Source: Candidatus Anderseniibacteriota bacterium
GTDB lineage: Bacteria; Patescibacteriota; JAUYIX01
DNA length: 64,000 nt
Reading direction: 5' to 3'
Assembly (NCBI GenBank): GCA_046350855.1
Contig: JAXLZM010000002.1
Coordinates: 78,103-142,102 of the forward strand
A program made the position numbers and the translations under genes. Under the pieces are notes generated by a model. It saw nothing but the letters and a program-made list of their open reading frames with translations. It ran no database searches and was not told where the DNA came from. Position 1 is the first letter of the stretch. Each line of letters opens with the position of its first letter. This document shows, one piece after another, positions 60,602 through 64,000 of the stretch.

Positions 60602-62104
60602 ATGTCACTTCCCGCAAAAACGGTGGTCTATAGTTCGCTGGCTTTTTCGACCTTGGCCATCGTTATTCTTGTGGTTGCCGCCGTCTCTGGCAGAACCCCG
60701 AGCGGCCAGGCCGCAACCTATGGCGGCGCCCAAATTTTGATTCCACCGGGCTCGAGTCAACAACCGCCCATCTCGGCCGGCCCGCCGCGTAACCAGCTGC
60801 CAATCCAAAGTCAGCCGCCCACGACGCAAACCCCCTCGTCGATCAATACACCACTACCGGTTAACGTGCCAATCTCAGCGGCGCCACCCCCGACGCTGCC
60901 TAACAACACGGTCAACACTCCAGCACCCGCTAACAACACACCCCCTCCGGCCAATCTCCCGGTGACACCACCCCCGACGCCTACGCCCGTCCCTCCCACG
61001 GTTCCGCTCAGCTCCCCGAGCTCGCCCTTGGCCAAAGTACTGGCCTCTCGTCCAGCCCGCACGTTGCAGCAAGTAACCAACCAAGTGATCGCCCCAGCCC
61101 TCGCCTTTTTGAGTGCCCTCAACCTGCTCCTCGCTACGACCATCACCCAGTGGTACCCCTTTTTGCTGCGAATTTTTTTGGAACCTGCACAAATTTTGTT
61201 CCGCAAACGACGTCGAGCCTGGGGCGTGGTGTACAACGCCCTCTCCAAACGTCCCCTCGATCTCGCCATCGTTCGTCTGCTCCAAGAGGACGGACTACGG
61301 GGACAGACCCAACATGTTTTTGCGACCCGGGTAACCGATCGCTTGGGCCGCTACCAATTTTTGGTGCCACCTGGGCGCTATCGTCTGGCGGTGGCTAAAC
61401 CGGGCTTTACTTTTCCGTCGCGCTTACTCGGTGGAACCCGTCGGGACGATGTTTTTACCGCTCTCAACTATGGGGAGCCACTCTCGCTTGCCACGCGGGG
61501 CCTGATTCAATCCAACCTGCCGCTTGATCCGCCCCAAACCGTGCCAAGTCCAGCGCTCATTTTACGTCGGGCCAGTAAACACACTGCGCACGCCGTGATT
61601 GCGTATCTTGGATTGATTCTCGGGATTATTGCCGTCGTCGTGGCGCACACCTGGTTAGCTTACTCGCTGATGCTCTTGCACATTCTCGTCTTTGCGCTCT
61701 TTTGGCGCCTGGCCCGCGGACGTAAACCGGAGCCGTGGGGAACCGTCTTTGATCGTGCTACCCAGGCACCCTTGCCCCGCGCGGTCGTGCGCATCCACGA
61801 TGCACACTACAACCGGATTTTGGAACAGCAGGTTAGTGACGGAGCTGGTCGTTTTGGGTTTTTAGTGGGTCGCTCCACCTACTATCTCGACGCAATCAAG
61901 CCGGGCTATCAATTTCCGGCCACGACTAAGACCAAATCACGCGATTACCTGGGCGGTATGCTACAAGTTCGGGATGAGGAGTCGTCTGTAGCGGTAGATG
62001 TCCCAATGGAACAGCTCGCCCCAGGTCAACAGCCGGCCCCACGCCCCGCCCTCAACCCCGCCGCCCCGACCGGTCCCATCGCACCCGCGAGCTCCGGCAT
62101 CTAA
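60602..62104 (+). CDS. Membrane protein with a Pro-rich linker and two carboxypeptidase-regulatory-like beta-sandwich domains
   Basis: Internal duplication WGVVYNALSKRPL..VRL..TDRLGRY / WGTVFDRATQAPL..VRI..SDGAGRF separated by TM helices. Confidence 0.75.
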   Translation: MSLPAKTVVYSSLAFSTLAIVILVVAAVSGRTPSGQAATYGGAQILIPPGSSQQPPISAGPPRNQLPIQSQPPTTQTPSSINTPLPVNVPISAAPPPTLPNNTVNTPAPANNTPPPANLPVTPPPTPTPVPPTVPLSSPSSPLAKVLASRPARTLQQVTNQVIAPALAFLSALNLLLATTITQWYPFLLRIFLEPAQILFRKRRRAWGVVYNALSKRPLDLAIVRLLQEDGLRGQTQHVFATRVTDRLGRYQFLVPPGRYRLAVAKPGFTFPSRLLGGTRRDDVFTALNYGEPLSLATRGLIQSNLPLDPPQTVPSPALILRRASKHTAHAVIAYLGLILGIIAVVVAHTWLAYSLMLLHILVFALFWRLARGRKPEPWGTVFDRATQAPLPRAVVRIHDAHYNRILEQQVSDGAGRFGFLVGRSTYYLDAIKPGYQFPATTKTKSRDYLGGMLQVRDEESSVAVDVPMEQLAPGQQPAPRPALNPAAPTGPIAPASSGI

Positions 62105-62173
62105 GTCACGCCCGGCCGCCAACAATTAGTCACAGCACCGCCCAAATCTTTCACGAGCGGTGGAGTGTGCTCG

Positions 62174-62202
62174 TTGACGTTCTGCCAAAAAAATCGTAGA
62201 AT
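62174..62202 (+). promoter_or_regulatory. Promoter of the rodZ-like gene
   Basis: TTGACG, 17 nt spacer, TAGAAT. Confidence 0.65.
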
Positions 62203-62253
62203 AACGAGGCTTAAATTCCCAGGGAACCACGTTGTTTATGCGTGACGCCGCTC

Positions 62254-63345
62254 ATGGTTAGCGGATTTTTTACGAGAAGAATACTGCAAGTCCAAAGCGT
62301 TGGGGATATCCTCAACGGTCGTCGTTTGGCTCTTGGGATTGCCCTAGAACGGGTGGCCCGTGAGACGCAGGTTCAGGCCAAGTATTTGGATGCGATCGAG
62401 CGCGGCGATCGTAACCGTTTGCCGGCCGAGATTTATGTGCGTGGTTTTGTGCGGACCTATGCCCGCTACTTGCGCCTGGACGAGGCCGTGATTTTAGAAC
62501 AGTGGGAGCGGGAGCGTGGGATCGCACGGCACTTGGCTAATAAAGAGCAAGCGGCCCAGCAGGCCGTGCGTAACGGCAACACCCGAATCGACCCGCGTAA
62601 AGCTTTTCCCGAGCGTAAGCGCCTCTTACCGCGCCTCAAAATTACGCCCCTCGTTTTTAGATCGGGGTTGGTGGGGCTAGCCCTCCTTGCGGGCTTACTC
62701 TATCTCACGATCGCGGTCTCGAGCCTTGGTCGCCGTCCTGCCCTGGAGCTCTCGGAGCCGACCCACGACATCACGGTCAAGGACAGCGCGCTTGTCCTGG
62801 TGGGCGAGACCGAGCCAACCGCCCGTTTGTCGATCAATGGTCAACCCGTTCAGGTCACCTCAGATGGACACTTTAGAGAGACGGTCACTCTGCAAGGCGG
62901 GATGAACCAAATCAAATTGGTTGCGCGCAGCAAACTTGGGCGCGAGACCGAAATCGTACGCAACGTGCAGGCTAACTTGGACCCGGTGGCGGTGCGTAAC
63001 GATACCCACGCCACGCAGACGGGTGGGACGAGTAGTTCAACCAGCCAAAGTGACGCTGTCGACAAAAAAGGACCGGTGGAACTGACGGTTGAGATTTTGG
63101 ATGAGGCTACCTGGATCTCGGTGGATGTGGATGGCGAGTCGTCCTTTGAGGGCACACTCTTGCCCAGTTCAACCAAACACTTTGTGGGTCAGGACAGCGT
63201 AGTCTTGACCAGTGGCAAGGCTGAACACACCGCCGTCGAATTTAAAGGTAAAAAGCTAACCAACCTGGGCGAGGGTTTTTTGCGCGGTATAACCTTTACG
63301 CAAGACTTAGATCTTAACGACTTGTCCACAGCGGCGGCGCTGTGA
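62254..63345 (+). CDS. rodZ: RodZ-like protein (HTH, TM helix, Ig-like domain, DUF4115-like domain)
   Basis: KYLDAIERGD..LPAEIYVRGFVRTYARYLRL, TM helix, TWISVDVDG. Confidence 0.85.
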   Translation: MVSGFFTRRILQVQSVGDILNGRRLALGIALERVARETQVQAKYLDAIERGDRNRLPAEIYVRGFVRTYARYLRLDEAVILEQWERERGIARHLANKEQAAQQAVRNGNTRIDPRKAFPERKRLLPRLKITPLVFRSGLVGLALLAGLLYLTIAVSSLGRRPALELSEPTHDITVKDSALVLVGETEPTARLSINGQPVQVTSDGHFRETVTLQGGMNQIKLVARSKLGRETEIVRNVQANLDPVAVRNDTHATQTGGTSSSTSQSDAVDKKGPVELTVEILDEATWISVDVDGESSFEGTLLPSSTKHFVGQDSVVLTSGKAEHTAVEFKGKKLTNLGEGFLRGITFTQDLDLNDLSTAAAL

Positions 63346-63436
63346 GGCTCGTTTTTTTAAGTATTTCTTTATGCACATGTCATACACTCGACGGTACTGG
63401 CGTTGATCGCTAGCATAATTCATTCACTTCACACCT

Positions 63437-64000
63437 ATGGCAAAAAAAGCTTCTACTAAAAATACCGTAACGATCGACCCCGCCGCCCGTGTACCGGCTC
63501 CGACCGGGTTTAAACGTGGCAAAGGCACTAAGACTGGGGCAAAAGGCTCGACCAAAGGCGCAGGTGTTAGGATCGCTAAAAAAGCGCTCGATCCCCAAAT
63601 TGCGCGGGTTCAGGCGGCGCGTCTGGCGGTTGACCAAATCAAAACACGCTTTGGCGAAGGCTCCATTATGAAGTTAGGCGAGGCTAAGCGAGTGGATGTG
63701 GACGTGGTCTCAACGGGCTCGATTTCACTCGATATCGCCCTGGGTGTAGGAGGTGTACCCAAAGGCCGCGTTATAGAAATTTACGGACCGGAGAGCTCAG
63801 GCAAAACGACCCTGGCGCAGCATGTCGTTGCCAACGTGCAAAAGCGCGGCGGGATTGCAGCCTACGTCGATGCCGAGCACGCTCTGGATCCGGAGTACGC
63901 CAAACGCATCGGTGTCAAAATCGACGATTTACTGATTAGCCAACCCGACACTGGAGAACAAGCGCTGGAAATCGTGGAGACCTTGGTACGCTCCAATGCG
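63437..64000 (+). CDS. recA: Recombinase RecA (partial, runs off the window; missing from the ORF track)
   Basis: Hand translation: [70 protein letters not shown]. Confidence 0.97.
   Translation, partial: MAKKASTKNTVTIDPAARVPAPTGFKRGKGTKTGAKGSTKGAGVRIAKKALDPQIARVQAARLAVDQIKTRFGEGSIMKLGEAKRVDVDVVSTGSISLDIALGVGGVPKGRVIEIYGPESSGKTTLAQHVVANVQKRGGIAAYVDAEHALDPEYAKRIGVKIDDLLISQPDTGEQALEIVETLVRSNA

Noticed and set aside
60840-61030. C-rich quasi-repeats
   Set aside because: They encode a Pro/Thr/Asn linker; not a DNA-level repeat array.

Overview
Bacterial chromosome segment (genetic code 11). Gene content and protein style suggest a Patescibacteria/CPR genome; this is an inference and no search was run. 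Most of the window is housekeeping (tsaD/E/C/B, valS, uppP, polA, mutM, holA, rpsT, truB, uvrB, ruvA, femX-like, murE, rpoB, rpoC, ftsK, gpmI, rodZ, recA, pilB, tRNA-Glu). The first 16 kb are more unusual. A complete diversity-generating retroelement (DGR) lies between an IscS-type desulfurase and an Rrf2-sufBCDSUT operon whose SufB carries a LAGLIDADG intein. The DGR comprises a target gene with VR 3297-3429, an RT, an Avd-like gene and TR 4893-5024; TR and VR differ by 19 substitutions, all at TR adenines, plus a 1-nt insertion. The main finding is that the RT (minus strand) and avd (plus strand) overlap head-to-head across one (CT)17 microsatellite at 4479-4513. At 17 units both genes are out of frame with their upstream ATGs. 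Losing one CT unit puts both in frame at once, which suggests a slipped-strand phase-variation switch for the whole DGR. Two promoter- and terminator-bounded structured intergenic transcripts (about 12925-13460 and 15440-15765) are candidate unannotated ncRNAs.
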